Source: the human T2T-CHM13v2.0 reference genome, Homo sapiens. Taken from it: a stretch of 64,000 bases of DNA. The stretch is from the NCBI RefSeq assembly GCF_009914755.1, contig NC_060941.1. One strand, written 5' to 3'. The translations under genes and the position numbers were made by a program. This document shows positions 38,901 to 53,900 of this stretch, in pieces. The notes under the pieces were generated by a model. It did no database searches and was not told the origin of the DNA. It saw only the letters and a program-made list of their open reading frames with translations. The first letter of the stretch is position 1, and each line of letters starts with the position of its first letter.

Positions 38901-41900
38901 CCTATGGTAGTAAAGGGAATAGCTTCATAGAAAAACTAGACAGAAGCATTCTCAGAAAATACTTTGTGATGATTGAGTTTAACTCACAGAGCTGAACATT
39001 CCTTTGGATGGAGCAGGTTTGAGACACACCTTTTGTAGAATCTACAAGTGGATATTTGGACCTCTCTGAGGATTTCGTTGGAAACGGGATAACTGCACCT
39101 AACTAAACGGAAGAATTCTCAGAAACTTCTTGGTGATGTTTGCATTCAAATCCCAGAGTTGAACCTTCCTTTGATAGTTCAGGTTTGAAACACTCTTTTT
39201 GTAGGATCTGCAAGTGGATATTTGGACCACTCTGTGGCCTTCGTTCGAAACGGGTACATCTTCGCATAAAATCTAGACAGAAGCCTTCTCAGAAACTTCT
39301 CTGTGATGATTGCATTCAACTCACAGAGTTGAACCCTCCTATGGATAGAGCAGTGTTGAAACTCTCTTTTTGTGGAATCTGCAAGTGGATATGTGGACCT
39401 CTCCGAAGATGTCTTTGGAAACGGGAATATCTTCACATAAAAACTTAACAGAAGCATTCTCAGAAACTTCTCTGTGATGTTTGTGTTCAACTCCCAGAGT
39501 TTCACATTGCTTTTCATAGAGTAGTTCTGAAACATGCTTTTCGTAGTGTCTACAAGTGGACATATGGAGCGCTTTCAGGCCTGTGGTGGAAAACGAATTA
39601 TGGTCACATAAAAACTGGAGAGAAGCATTGTCAGAAACTTCTTTGTGATGATGGCATTCAACTCACAGAGTTGAAGGTTCCTTTTCAAAGAGCAGTTTCC
39701 AATCACTCTTTCTGTGGAATCTGCAAGTGGATATTTGGACCTATTTTGAAGATTTCGTTGGAAACGGGAGAATCTTCACAGGAAAGCTAAACAGAAGCAT
39801 TCTCAGAAACTTCTTTGTGATGCTTGCATTCAACTCACAGAGTTGAACTTTCCTTTCGAGAGAGAAGCTTTGAAACACTCTTTTTCCAGAATCTGCAAGT
39901 GGACATTTGGAGGGCTTTGAGGCCTGTGGTGGAAAAGGAATTAACTTCCCGTAAAAGCTAGATAGAAGCATTCTCAGAAACTACTTTGTGATGATTGCAT
40001 TCAAGTCACAGAGTTGAACATTCCCTTTGACAGAGCAGTTTGGAAACTCTCTTTGTGTAGAATCTGCAAGTGGAGATATGGACCGCTTTGAGGCCTATGG
40101 TAGTAAAGGAAATAGCTTCATATAAAAGCTAGACAGTAGCATTCACAGAAAACTCTTGGTGACGACTGAGTTTAACTCACAGAGCTGAACATTCCTTTGG
40201 ATGGAGCAGTTTCGAAACACACTATTTGTAGAATGTGCAAGTGGATATTTAGGCCTCTCTGAGGATTTCGTTGGAAACGGGATAAACCGCACAGAACTAA
40301 ACAGAAGCATTCTCAGAACCTTCTTCGTGATGTTTGCATTCAACTCACAGTGTTGAACCTTTCTTTGATAGTTCAGGTTTGAAACGGTCTTTCTGTAGAA
40401 ACTGCAAGTAGATATTTGGACCGCTCTGAGGATTTCGTTGGAAACGGGATAACCCGCACAGAACTAAAACAGAAGCATTCTCAGAACCCTCTTCGTGATG
40501 TTTGCATTCAACTCACAGTGCTGAACCTTTCTTTGATAGTTCAGCTTTGAAACACTCTTTTTGTAGAAACTGCAAGTGGATATTTGGTCCTCTCTGAGGA
40601 TTTCGTTGGAAACGGGATAAACTGCACAGAACTAAACAGAAGCATTCTCAGAACCTTCTTCGTGATGTCTGCATTCAACTCACAGTGTGGAACCTTTCTT
40701 TGATAGTTCAGGTTTGAAACACTCTTTTTGTAGAAACTGCAAGGGGATAATTGCACTCTTTGAGGAGTACCGTAGTAAAGGAAATAACTTCCTATAAAAA
40801 GAAGACAGAAGCTTTCTCAGAAAATTCTTTGGGATGATTGAGTTGAACTCACAGAGCTGAGCATTCCTTGCGATGTAGCAGTTTAGAAACACACTTTCTG
40901 CAGAATCTGCAAGTGCATATTTGGACCTCTGTGAGGAATTCGTTGGAAACGGGATAATTTCAGCTGACTAAACAGAAGCAGTCTCAGAATCTTCTTTGTG
41001 ATGTTTGCATTCAAATCCCCGAGTTGAACTTTCCTTTCAAAGTTCACGTTTGAAACACTCTTTTTGCAGGATCTACAAGTGGATATTTGGACCACTCTGT
41101 GTCCTTCGTTCGAAACGGGTATATCTTCACATGACATCTAGACAGAAGCATCCTCAGAAGCTTCTCTGTGATGACTGCATTCAACTCACGGAGTTGAACA
41201 CTCCTTTTGAGAGCGCAGTTTTGAAACTCTCTTTCTGTGGCATCTGCAAGGGGACATGTAGACCTCTTTGAAGATTTCGTTGGAAACGGAATCATCTTCA
41301 CATAAAAACTACACAGATGCATTCTCAGGAACTTTTTGGTGATGTTTGTATTCAACTCCCAGAGTTGAACTTTCCTTTGGAAAGAGCAGCTATGAAACAC
41401 TGTTTTTCTAGAATCTGCAAGTGGACGTTTGGAGGGCTTTGTGGTTTGTGGTGGAAAAGGAAATATCTTCACCTAAATACTAGATAGAAGCATTCTCAGA
41501 AACTGCTTTGTGATGATTGCATTCACCTCACAGAGTTGAACATTCCTATTGATAGAGCAGTTTGGAAACACTCTTGTTGTGGAATGTGCAAGTGGAGATT
41601 TGGAGCGCTTTGAGGCCTATGGTAGTAAAGGGAATAGCTTCATAGAAAAACTAGACAGAAGCATTCTCAGAAAATACATTGTGATGATTGAGTTGAACTC
41701 ACAGAGCTGAACATTCCTTTGGATGGAGCAGGTTTGAGACACACTTTTTGTAGAATCTACAAGTGGATATTTGGACCTCTCTGAGGATTTCGTTGGAAAC
41801 GGGATAACTGCACCTAACTAAACGGAAGCATTCTCAGAAACTTCTTGGTGATGTTTGCATTCAAATCCCAGAGTTGAACCTTCCTTTGATAGTTCAGGTT

Positions 41901-44900
41901 TGAAACACTCTTTTTGTAGGATCTGCAAGTGGATATTTGGACCACTCTGTGGCCTTCGTTCGAAACGGGTATATCTTCGCATAAAATCTAGACAGAAGCC
42001 TTCTCAGAAACTTCTCTGTGATGATTGCATTCAACTCACAGAGTTGAACCCTCCTATGGATAGAGCAGTGTTGAAACTCTCTTTTTGTGGAATCTGCAAG
42101 TGGATATGTGGACCTCTCCGAAGATGTCTTTGGAAACGGGAATATCTTCACATAAAAACTAAACAGAAGCATTCTCAGAAACTTCTCTGTGATGTTTGTG
42201 TTCAACTCCCAGAGTTTCACATTGCTTTTCATAGAGTAGTTCTGAAACATGCTTTTCGTAGTGTCTACAAGTGGACATTTGGAGCGCTTTCAGGCCTGTG
42301 GTGGAAAACGAATTATGGTCACATAAAAACTGGAGAGAAGCATTGTCAGAAACTTCTTTGTGATGATTGCATTCAACTCACAGAGTTGAAGGTTCCTTTT
42401 CAAAGAGCAGTTTCCAATCACTCTTTGTGTGGAATCTGCAAGTGGATATTTGGACCTATTTTGAAGATTTCGTTGGAAACGGGAGAATCTTCACAGGAAA
42501 GCTAAACAGAAGCATTCTCAGAAACTTCTTTGTGATGCTTGCATTCAACTCACAGAGTTGAACTTTCCTTTCGAGAGAGAAGCTTTGAAACACTCTTTTT
42601 CCAGAATCTGCAAGTGGACATTTGGAGGGCTTTGAGGCCTGTGGTGGAAAAGGAATTATCTTCCCGTAAAAGCTAGATAGAAGCATTCTCAGAAACTACT
42701 TTGTGATGATTGCATTCAAGTCACAGAGTTGAACATTCCCTTTGACAGAGCAGTTTGGAAACTCTCTTTGTGTAGAATCTGCAAGTGGAGATATGGACCG
42801 CTTTGAGGCCTATGGTAGTAAAGGAAATAGCTTCATATAAAAGCTAGACAGTAGCATTCACAGAAAACTCTTGGTGACGACTGAGTTTAACTCACAGAGC
42901 TGAACATTCCTTTGGATGGAGCAGTTTCGAAACACACTATTTGTAGAATGTGCAAGTGGATATTTAGGCCTCTCTGAGGATTTCGTTGGAAACGGGATAA
43001 ACCGCACAGAACTAAACAGAAGCATTCTCAGAACCTTCTTCGTGATGTTTGCATTCAACTCACAGTGTTGAACCTTTCTTTGATAGTTCAGGTTTGAAAC
43101 GGTCTTTCTGTAGAAACTGCAAGTAGATATTTGGACCGCTCTGAGGATTTCGTTGGAAACGGGATAACCCGCACAGAACTAAAACAGAAGCATTCTCAGA
43201 ACCCTCTTCGTGATGTTTGCATTCAACTCACAGTGCTGAACCTTTCTTTGATAGTTCAGCTTTGAAACACTCTTTTTGTAGAAACTGCAAGTGGATATTT
43301 GGTCCTCTCTGAGGATTTCGTTGGAAACGGGATAAACTGCACAGAACTAAACAGAAGCATTCTCAGAACCTTCTTCGTGATGTCTGCATTCAACTCACAG
43401 TGTGGAACCTTTCTTTGATAGTTCAGGTTTGAAACACTCTTTTTGTAGAAACTGCAAGGGGATAATTGCACTCTTTGAGGAGTACCGTAGTAAAGGAAAT
43501 AACTTCCTATAAAAAGAAGACAGAAGCTTTCTCAGAAAATTCTTTGGGATGATTGAGTTGAACTCACAGAGCTGAGCATTCCTTGCGATGTAGCAGTTTA
43601 GAAACACACTTTCTGCAGAATCTGCAAGTGCATATTTGGACCTCTGTGAGGAATTCGTTGGAAACGGGATAATTTCAGCTGACTAAACAGAAGCAGTCTC
43701 AGAATCTTCTTTGTGATGTTTGCATTCAAATCCCCGAGTTGAACTTTCCTTTCAAAGTTCACGTTTGAAACACTCTTTATGCAGGATCTACAAGTGGATA
43801 TTTGGACCACTCTGTGTCCTTCGTTCGAAACGGGTATATCTTCACATGACATCTAGACAGAAGCATCCTCAGAAGCTTCTCTGTGATGACTGCATTCAAC
43901 TCACGGAGTTGAACACTCCTTTTGAGAGCGCAGTTTTGAAACTCTCTTTCTGTGGCATCTGCAAGGGGACATGTAGACCTCTTTGAAGATTTCGTTGGAA
44001 ACGGAATCATCTTCACATAAAAACTATACAGATGCATTCTCAGGAACTTTTTGGTGATGTTTGTATTCAACTCCCAGAGTTGAACTTTCCTTTGGAAAGA
44101 GCAGCTATGAAACACTCTTTTTCTAGAATCTGCAAGTGGACGTTTGGAGGGCTTTGTGGTTTGTGGTGGAAAAGGAAATATCTTCACCTAAATACTAGAT
44201 AGAAGCATTCTCAGAAACTGCTTTGTGATGATTGCATTCACCTCACAGAGTTGAACATTCCTATTGATAGAGCAGTTTGGAAACACTCTTGTTGTGGAAT
44301 GTGCAAGTGGAGATTTGGAGCGCTTTGAGGCCTATGGTAGTAAAGGGAATAGCTTCATAGAAAAACTAGACAGAAGCATTCTCAGAAAATACTTTGTGAT
44401 GATTGAGTTTAACTCACAGAGCTGAACATTCCTTTGGATGGAGCAGGTTTGAGACACACCTTTTGTAGAATCTACAAGTGGATATTTGGACCTCTCTGAG
44501 GATTTCGTTGGAAACGGGATAACTGCACCTAACTAAACGGAAGCATTCTCAGAAACTTCTTGGTGATGTTTGCATTCAAATCCCAGAGTTGAACCTTCCT
44601 TTGATAGTTCAGGTTTGAAACACTCTTTTTGTAGGATCTGCAAGTGGATATTTGGACCACTCTGTGGCCTTCGTTCGAAACGGGTATATCTTCGCATAAA
44701 ATCTAGACAGAAGCCTTCTCAGAAACTTCTCTGTGATGATTGCATTCAACTCACAGAGTTGAACCCTCCTATGGATAGAGCAGTGTTGAAACTCTCTTTT
44801 TGTGGAATCTGCAAGTGGATATGTGGACCTCTCCGAAGATGTCTTTGGAAACGGGAATATCTTCACATAAAAACTAAACAGAAGCATTCTCAGAAACTTC

Positions 44901-47900
44901 TCTGTGATGTTTGTGTTCAACTCCCAGAGTTTCACATTGCTTTTCATAGAGTAGTTCTGAAACATGCTTTTCGTAGTGTCTACAAGTGGACATTTGGAGC
45001 GCTTTCAGGCCTGTGGTGGAAAACGAATTATGGTCACATAAAAACTGGAGAGAAGCATTGTCAGAAACTTCTTTGTGATGATTGCATTCAACTCACAGAG
45101 TTGAAGGTTCCTTTTCAAAGAGCAGTTTCCAATCACTCTTTCTGTGGAATCTGCAAGTGGATATTTGGACCTATTTTGAAGATTTCGTTGGAAACGGGAG
45201 AATCTTCACAGGAAAGCTAAACAGAAGCATTCTCAGAAACTTCTTTGTGATGCTTGCATTCAACTCACAGAGTTGAACTTTCCTTTCGAGAGAGAAGCTT
45301 TGAAACACTCTTTTTCCAGAATCTGCAAGTGGACATTTGGAGGGCTTTGAGGCCTGTGGTGGAAAAGGAATTATCTTCCCATAAAAGCTAGATAGAAGCA
45401 TTCTCAGAAACTACTTTGTGATGATTGCATTCAAGTCACAGAGTTGAACATTCCCTTTGACAGAGCAGTTTGGAAACTCTCTTTGTGTAGAATCTGCAAG
45501 TGGAGATATGGACCGCTTTGAGGCCTATGGTAGTAAAGGAAATAGCTTCATATAAAAGCTAGACAGTAGCATTCACAGAAAACTCTTGGTGACGACTGAG
45601 TTTAACTCACAGAGCTGAACATTCCTTTGGATGGAGCAGTTTCGAAACACACTATTTGTAGAATGTGCAAGTGGATATTTAGGCCTCTCTGAGGATTTCG
45701 TTGGAAACGGGATAAACCGCACAGAACTAAACAGAAGCATTCTCAGAACCTTCTTCGTGATGTTTGCATTCAACTCACAGTGTTGAACCTTTCTTTGATA
45801 GTTCAGGTTTGAAACGGTCTTTCTGCAGAAACTGCAAGTAGATATTTGGACCGCTCTGAGGATTTCGTTGGAAACGGGATAACCCGCACAGAACTAAAAC
45901 AGAAGCATTCTCAGAACCCTCTTCGTGATGTTTGCATTCAACTCACAGTGCTGAACCTTTCTTTGATAGTTCAGCTTTGAAACACTCTTTTTGTAGAAAC
46001 TGCAAGTGGATATTTGGTCCTCTCTGAGGATTTCGTTGGAAACGGGATAAACTGCACAGAACTAAACAGAAGCATTCTCAGAACCTTCTTCGTGATGTCT
46101 GCATTCAACTCACAGTGTGGAACCTTTCTTTGATAGTTCAGGTTTGAAACACTCTTTTTGTAGAAACTGCAAGGGGATAATTGCACTCTTTGAGGAGTAC
46201 CGTAGTAAAGGAAATAACTTCCTATAAAAAGAAGACAGAAGCTTTCTCAGAAAATTCTTTGGGATGATTGAGTTGAACTCACAGAGCTGAGCATTCCTTG
46301 CGATGTAGCAGTTTAGAAACACACTTTCTGCAGAATCTGCAAGTGCATATTTGGACCTCTGTGAGGAATTCGTTGGAAACGGGATAATTTCAGCTGACTA
46401 AACAGAAGCAGTCTCAGAATCTTCTTTGTGATGTTTGCATTCAAATCCCCGAGTTGAACTTTCCTTTCAAAGTTCACGTTTGAAACACTCTTTTTGCAGG
46501 ATCTACAAGTGGATATTTGGACCACTCTGTGTCCTTCGTTCGAAACGGGTATATCTTCACATGACATCTAGACAGAAGCATCCTCAGAAGCTTCTCTGTG
46601 ATGACTGCATTCAACTCACGGAGTTGAACACTCCTTTTGAGAACGCAGTTTTGAAACTCTCTTTCTGTGGCATCTGCAAGGGGACATGTAGACCTCTTTG
46701 AAGATTTCGTTGGAAACGGAATCATCTTCACATAAAAACTATACAGATGCATTCTCAGGAACTTTTTGGTGATGTTTGTATTCAACTCCCAGAGTTGAAC
46801 TTTCCTTTGGAAAGAGCAGCTATGAAACACTGTTTTTCTAGAATCTGCAAGTGGACGTTTGGAGGGCTTTGTGGTTTGTGGTGGAAAAGGAAATATCTTC
46901 ACCTAAATACTAGATAGAAGCATTCTCAGAAACTGCTTTGTGATGATTGCATTCACCTCACAGAGTTGAACATTCCTATTGATAGAGCAGTTTGGAAACA
47001 CTCTTGTTGTGGAATGTGCAAGTGGAGATTTGGAGCGCTTTGAGGCCTATGGTAGTAAAGGGAATAGCTTCATAGAAAAACTAGACAGAAGCATTCTCAG
47101 AAAATACTTTGTGATGATTGAGTTTAACTCACAGAGCTGAACATTCCTTTGGATGGAGCAGGTTTGAGACACACCTTTTGTAGAATCTACAAGTGGATAT
47201 TTGGACCTCTCTGAGGATTTCGTTGGAAACGGGATAACTGCACCTAACTAAACGGAAGCATTCTCAGAAACTTCTTGGTGATGTTTGCATTCAAATCCCA
47301 GAGTTGAACCTTCCTTTGATAGTTCAGGTTTGAAACACTCTTTTTGTAGGATCTGCAAGTGGATATTTGGACCACTCTGTGGCCTTCGTTCGAAACGGGT
47401 ACATCTTCGCATAAAATCTAGACAGAAGCCTTCTCAGAAACTTCTCTGTGATGATTGCATTCAACTCACAGAGTTGAACCCTCCTATGGATAGAGCAGTG
47501 TTGAAACTCTCTTTTTGTGGAATCTGCAAGTGGATATGTGTACCTCTCCGAAGATGTCTTTGGAAACGGGAATATCTTCACATAAAAACTTAACAGAAGC
47601 ATTCTCAGAAACTTCTCTGTGATGTTTGTGTTCAACTCCCAGAGTTTCACATTGCTTTTCATAGAGTAGTTCTGAAACATGCTTTTCGTAGTGTCTACAA
47701 GTGGACATTTGGAGCGCTTTCAGGCCTGTGGTGGAAAACGAATTATGGTCACATAAAAACTGGAGAGAAGCATTGTCAGAAACTTCTTTGTGATGATTGC
47801 ATTCAACTCACAGAGTTGAAGGTTCCTTTTCAAAGAGCAGTTTCCAATCACTCTTTCTGTGGAATCTGCAAGTGGATATTTGGACCTATTTTGAAGATTT

Positions 47901-50900
47901 CGTTGGAAACGGGAGAATCTTCACAGGAAAGCTAAACAGAAGCATTCTCAGAAACTTCTTTGTGATGCTTGCATTCAACTCACAGAGTTGAACTTTCCTT
48001 TCGAGAGAGAAGCTTTGAAACACTCTTTTTCCAGAATCTGCAAGTGGACATTTGGAGGGCTTTGAGGCCTGTGGTGGAAAAGGAATTATCTTCCCGTAAA
48101 AGCTAGATAGAAGCATTCTCAGAAACTACTTTGTGATGATTGCATTCAAGTCACAGAGTTGAACATTCCCTTTGACAGAGCAGTTTGGAAACTCTCTTTG
48201 TGTAGAATCTGCAAGTGGAGATATGGACCGCTTTGAGGCCTATGGTAGTAAAGGAAATAGCTTCATATAAAAGCTAGACAGTAGCATTCACAGAAAACTC
48301 TTGGTGACGACTGAGTTTAACTCACAGAGCTGAACATTCCTTTGGATGGAGCAGTTTCGAAACACACTATTTGTAGAATGTGCAAGTGGATATTTAGGCC
48401 TCTCTGAGGATTTCGTTGGAAACGGGATAAACCGCACAGAACTAAACAGAAGCATTCTCAGAACCTTCTTCGTGATGTTTGCATTCAACTCACAGTGTTG
48501 AACCTTTCTTTGATAGTTCAGGTTTGAAAAGGTCTTTCTGTAGAAACTGCAAGTAGATATTTGGACCTCTCTGAGGATTTCGTTGGAAACGGGATAACCC
48601 GCACAGAACTAAAACAGAAGCATTCTCAGAACCCTCTTCGTGATGTTTGCATTCAACTCACAGTGCTGAACCTTTCTTTGATAGTTCAGCTTTGAAACAC
48701 TCTTTTTGTAGAAACTGCAAGTGGATATTTGGTCCTCTCTGAGGAATTCGTTGGAAACGGGATAAACTGCACAGAACTAAACAGAAGCATTCTCAGAACC
48801 TTCTTCGTGATGTCTGCATTCAACTCACAGTGTGGAACCTTTCTTTGATAGTTCAGGTTTGAAACACTCTTTTTGTAGAAACTGCAAGGGGATAATTGCA
48901 CTCTTTGAGGAGTACCGTAGTAAAGGAAATAACTTCCTATAAAAAGAAGACAGAAGCTTTCTCAGAAAATTCTTTGGGATGATTGAGTTGAACTCACAGA
49001 GCTGAGCATTCCTTGCGATGTAGCAGTTTAGAAACACACTTTCTGCAGAATCTGTAAGTGCATATTTGGACCTCTGTGAGGAATTCGTTGGAAACGGGAT
49101 AATTTCAGCTGACTAAACAGAAGCAGTCTCAGAATCTTCTTTGTGATGTTTGCATTCAAATCCCCGAGTTGAACTTTCCTTTCAAAGTTCACGTTTGAAA
49201 CACTCTTTTTGCAGGATCTACAAGTGGATATTTGGACCACTCTGTGTCCTTCGTTCGAAACGGGTATATCTTCACATGACATCTAGACAGAAGCATCCTC
49301 AGAAGCTTCTCTGTGATGACTGCATTCAACTCACGGAGTTGAACACTCCTTTTGAGAGCGCAGTTTTGAAACTCTCTTTCTGTGGCATCTGCAAGGGGAC
49401 ATGTAGACCTCTTTGAAGATTTCGTTGGAAACGGAATCATCTTCACATAAAAACTATACAGATGCATTCTCAGGAACTTTTTGGTGATGTTTGTATTCAA
49501 CTCCCAGAGTTGAACTTTCCTTTGGAAAGAGCAGCTATGAAACACTCTTTTTCTAGAATCTGCAAGTGGACGTTTGGAGGGCTTTGTGGTTTGTGGTGGA
49601 AAAGGAAATATCTTCACCTAAATACTAGATAGAAGCATTCTCAGAAACTGCTTTGTGATGATTGCATTCACCTCACAGAGTTGAACATTCCTATTGATAG
49701 AGCAGTTTGGAAACACTCTTGTTGTGGAATGTGCAAGTGGAGATTTGGAGCGCTTTGAGGCCTATGGTAGTAAAGGGAATAGCTTCATAGAAAAACTAGA
49801 CAGAAGCATTCTCAGAAAATACTTTGTGATGATTGAGTTTAACTCACAGAGCTGAACATTCCTTTGGATGGAGCAGGTTTGAGACACACCTTTTGTAGAA
49901 TCTACAAGTGGATATTTGGACCTCTCTGAGGATTTCGTTGGAAACGGGATAACTGCACCTAACTAAACGGAAGAATTCTCAGAAACTTCTTGGTGATGTT
50001 TGCATTCAAATCCCAGAGTTGAACCTTCCTTTGATAGTTCAGGTTTGAAACACTCTTTTTGTAGGATCTGCAAGTGGATATTTGGACCACTCTGTGGCCT
50101 TCGTTCGAAACGGGTACATCTTCGCATAAAATCTAGACAGAAGCCTTCTCAGAAACTTCTCTGTGATGATTGCATTCAACTCACAGAGTTGAACCCTCCT
50201 ATGGATAGAGCAGTGTTGAAACTCTCTTTTTGTGGAATCTGCAAGTGGATATGTGGACCTCTCCGAAGATGTCTTTGGAAACGGGAATATCTTCACATAA
50301 AAACTTAACAGAAGCATTCTCAGAAACTTCTCTGTGATGTTTGTGTTCAACTCCCAGAGTTTCACATTGCTTTTCATAGAGTAGTTCTGAAACATGCTTT
50401 TCGTAGTGTCTACAAGTGGACATATGGAGCGCTTTCAGGCCTGTGGTGGAAAACGAATTATGGTCACATAAAAACTGGAGAGAAGCATTGTCAGAAACTT
50501 CTTTGTGATGATGGCATTCAACTCACAGAGTTGAAGGTTCCTTTTCAAAGAGCAGTTTCCAATCACTCTTTCTGTGGAATCTGCAAGTGGATATTTGGAC
50601 CTATTTTGAAGATTTCGTTGGAAACGGGAGAATCTTCACAGGAAAGCTAAACAGAAGCATTCTCAGAAACTTCTTTGTGATGCTTGCATTCAACTCACAG
50701 AGTTGAACTTTCCTTTCGAGAGAGAAGCTTTGAAACACTCTTTTTCCAGAATCTGCAAGTGGACATTTGGAGGGCTTTGAGGCCTGTGGTGGAAAAGGAA
50801 TTAACTTCCCGTAAAAGCTAGATAGAAGCATTCTCAGAAACTACTTTGTGATGATTGCATTCAAGTCACAGAGTTGAACATTCCCTTTGACAGAGCAGTT

Positions 50901-53900
50901 TGGAAACTCTCTTTGTGTAGAATCTGCAAGTGGAGATATGGACCGCTTTGAGGCCTATGGTAGTAAAGGAAATAGCTTCATATAAAAGCTAGACAGTAGC
51001 ATTCACAGAAAACTCTTGGTGACGACTGAGTTTAACTCACAGAGCTGAACATTCCTTTGGATGGAGCAGTTTCGAAACACACTATTTGTAGAATGTGCAA
51101 GTGGATATTTAGGCCTCTCTGAGGATTTCGTTGGAAACGGGATAAACCGCACAGAACTAAACAGAAGCATTCTCAGAACCTTCTTCGTGATGTTTGCATT
51201 CAACTCACAGTGTTGAACCTTTCTTTGATAGTTCAGGTTTGAAACGGTCTTTCTGTAGAAACTGCAAGTAGATATTTGGACCGCTCTGAGGATTTCGTTG
51301 GAAACGGGATAACCCGCACAGAACTAAAACAGAAGCATTCTCAGAACCCTCTTCGTGATGTTTGCATTCAACTCACAGTGCTGAACCTTTCTTTGATAGT
51401 TCAGCTTTGAAACACTCTTTTTGTAGAAACTGCAAGTGGATATTTGGTCCTCTCTGAGGATTTCGTTGGAAACGGGATAAACTGCACAGAACTAAACAGA
51501 AGCATTCTCAGAACCTTCTTCGTGATGTCTGCATTCAACTCACAGTGTGGAACCTTTCTTTGATAGTTCAGGTTTGAAACACTCTTTTTGTAGAAACTGC
51601 AAGGGGATAATTGCACTCTTTGAGGAGTACCGTAGTAAAGGAAATAACTTCCTATAAAAAGAAGACAGAAGCTTTCTCAGAAAATTCTTTGGGATGATTG
51701 AGTTGAACTCACAGAGCTGAGCATTCCTTGCGATGTAGCAGTTTAGAAACACACTTTCTGCAGAATCTGCAAGTGCATATTTGGACCTCTGTGAGGAATT
51801 CGTTGGAAACGGGATAATTTCAGCTGACTAAACAGAAGCAGTCTCAGAATCTTCTTTGTGATGTTTGCATTCAAATCCCCGAGTTGAACTTTCCTTTCAA
51901 AGTTCACGTTTGAAACACTCTTTTTGCAGGATCTACAAGTGGATATTTGGACCACTCTGTGTCCTTCGTTCGAAACGGGTATATCTTCACATGACATCTA
52001 GACAGAAGCATCCTCAGAAGCTTCTCTGTGATGACTGCATTCAACTCACGGAGTTGAACACTCCTTTTGAGAGCGCAGTTTTGAAACTCTCTTTCTGTGG
52101 CATCTGCAAGGGGACATGTAGACCTCTTTGAAGATTTCGTTGGAAACGGAATCATCTTCACATAAAAACTATACAGATGCATTCTCAGGAACTTTTTGGT
52201 GATGTTTGTATTCAACTCCCAGAGTTGAACTTTCCTTTGGAAAGAGCAGCTATGAAACACTCTTTTTCTAGAATCTGCAAGTGGACGTTTGGAGGGCTTT
52301 GTGGTTTGTGGTGGAAAAGGAAATATCTTCACCTAAATACTAGATAGAAGCATTCTCAGAAACTGCTTTGTGATGATTGCATTCACCTCACAGAGTTGAA
52401 CATTCCTATTGATAGAGCAGTTTGGAAACACTCTTGTTGTGGAATGTGCAAGTGGAGATTTGGAGCGCTTTGAGGCCTATGGTAGTAAAGGGAATAGCTT
52501 CATAGAAAAACTAGACAGAAGCATTCTCAGAAAATACTTTGTGATGATTGAGTTTAACTCACAGAGCTGAACATTCCTTTGGATGGAGCAGGTTTGAGAC
52601 ACACCTTTTGTAGAATCTACAAGTGGATATTTGGACCTCTCTGAGGATTTCGTTGGAAACGGGATAACTGCACCTAACTAAACGGAAGCATTCTCAGAAA
52701 CTTCTTGGTGATGTTTGCATTCAAATCCCAGAGTTGAACCTTCCTTTGATAGTTCAGGTTTGAAACACTCTTTTTGTAGGATCTGCAAGTGGATATTTGG
52801 ACCACTCTGTGGCCTTCGTTCGAAACGGGTATATCTTCGCATAAAATCTAGACAGAAGCCTTCTCAGAAACTTCTCTGTGATGATTGCATTCAACTCACA
52901 GAGTTGAACCCTCCTATGGATAGAGCAGTGTTGAAACTCTCTTTTTGTGGAATCTGCATGTGGATATGTGGACCTCTCCGAAGATGTCTTTGGAAACGGG
53001 AATATCTTCACATAAAAACTAAACAGAAGCATTCTCAGAAACTTCTCTGTGATGTTTGTGTTCAACTCCCAGAGTTTCACATTGCTTTTCATAGAGTAGT
53101 TCTGAAACATGCTTTTCGTAGTGTCTACAAGTGGACATTTGGAGCGCTTTCAGGCCTGTGGTGGAAAACGAATTATGGTCACATAAAAACTGGAGAGAAG
53201 CATTGTCAGAAACTTCTTTGTGATGATTGCATTCAACTCACAGAGTTGAAGGTTCCTTTTCAAAGAGCAGTTTCCAATCACTCTTTGTGTGGAATCTGCA
53301 AGTGGATATTTGGACCTATTTTGAAGATTTCGTTGGAAACGGGAGAATCTTCACAGGAAAGCTAAACAGAAGCATTCTCAGAAACTTCTTTGTGATGCTT
53401 GCATTCAACTCACAGAGTTGAACTTTCCTTTCGAGAGAGAAGCTTTGAAACACTCTTTTTCCAGAATCTGCAAGTGGACATTTGGAGGGCTTTGAGGCCT
53501 GTGGTGGAAAAGGAATTATCTTCCCGTAAAAGCTAGATAGAAGCATTCTCAGAAACTACTTTGTGATGATTGCATTCAAGTCACAGAGTTGAACATTCCC
53601 TTTGACAGAGCAGTTTGGAAACTCTCTTTGTGTAGAATCTGCAAGTGGAGATATGGACCGCTTTGAGGCCTATGGTAGTAAAGGAAATAGCTTCATATAA
53701 AAGCTAGACAGTAGCATTCACAGAAAACTCTTGGTGACGACTGAGTTTAACTCACAGAGCTGAACATTCCTTTGGATGGAGCAGTTTCGAAACACACTAT
53801 TTGTAGAATGTGCAAGTGGATATTTAGGCCTCTCTGAGGATTTCGTTGGAAACGGGATAAACCGCACAGAACTAAACAGAAGCATTCTCAGAACCTTCTT

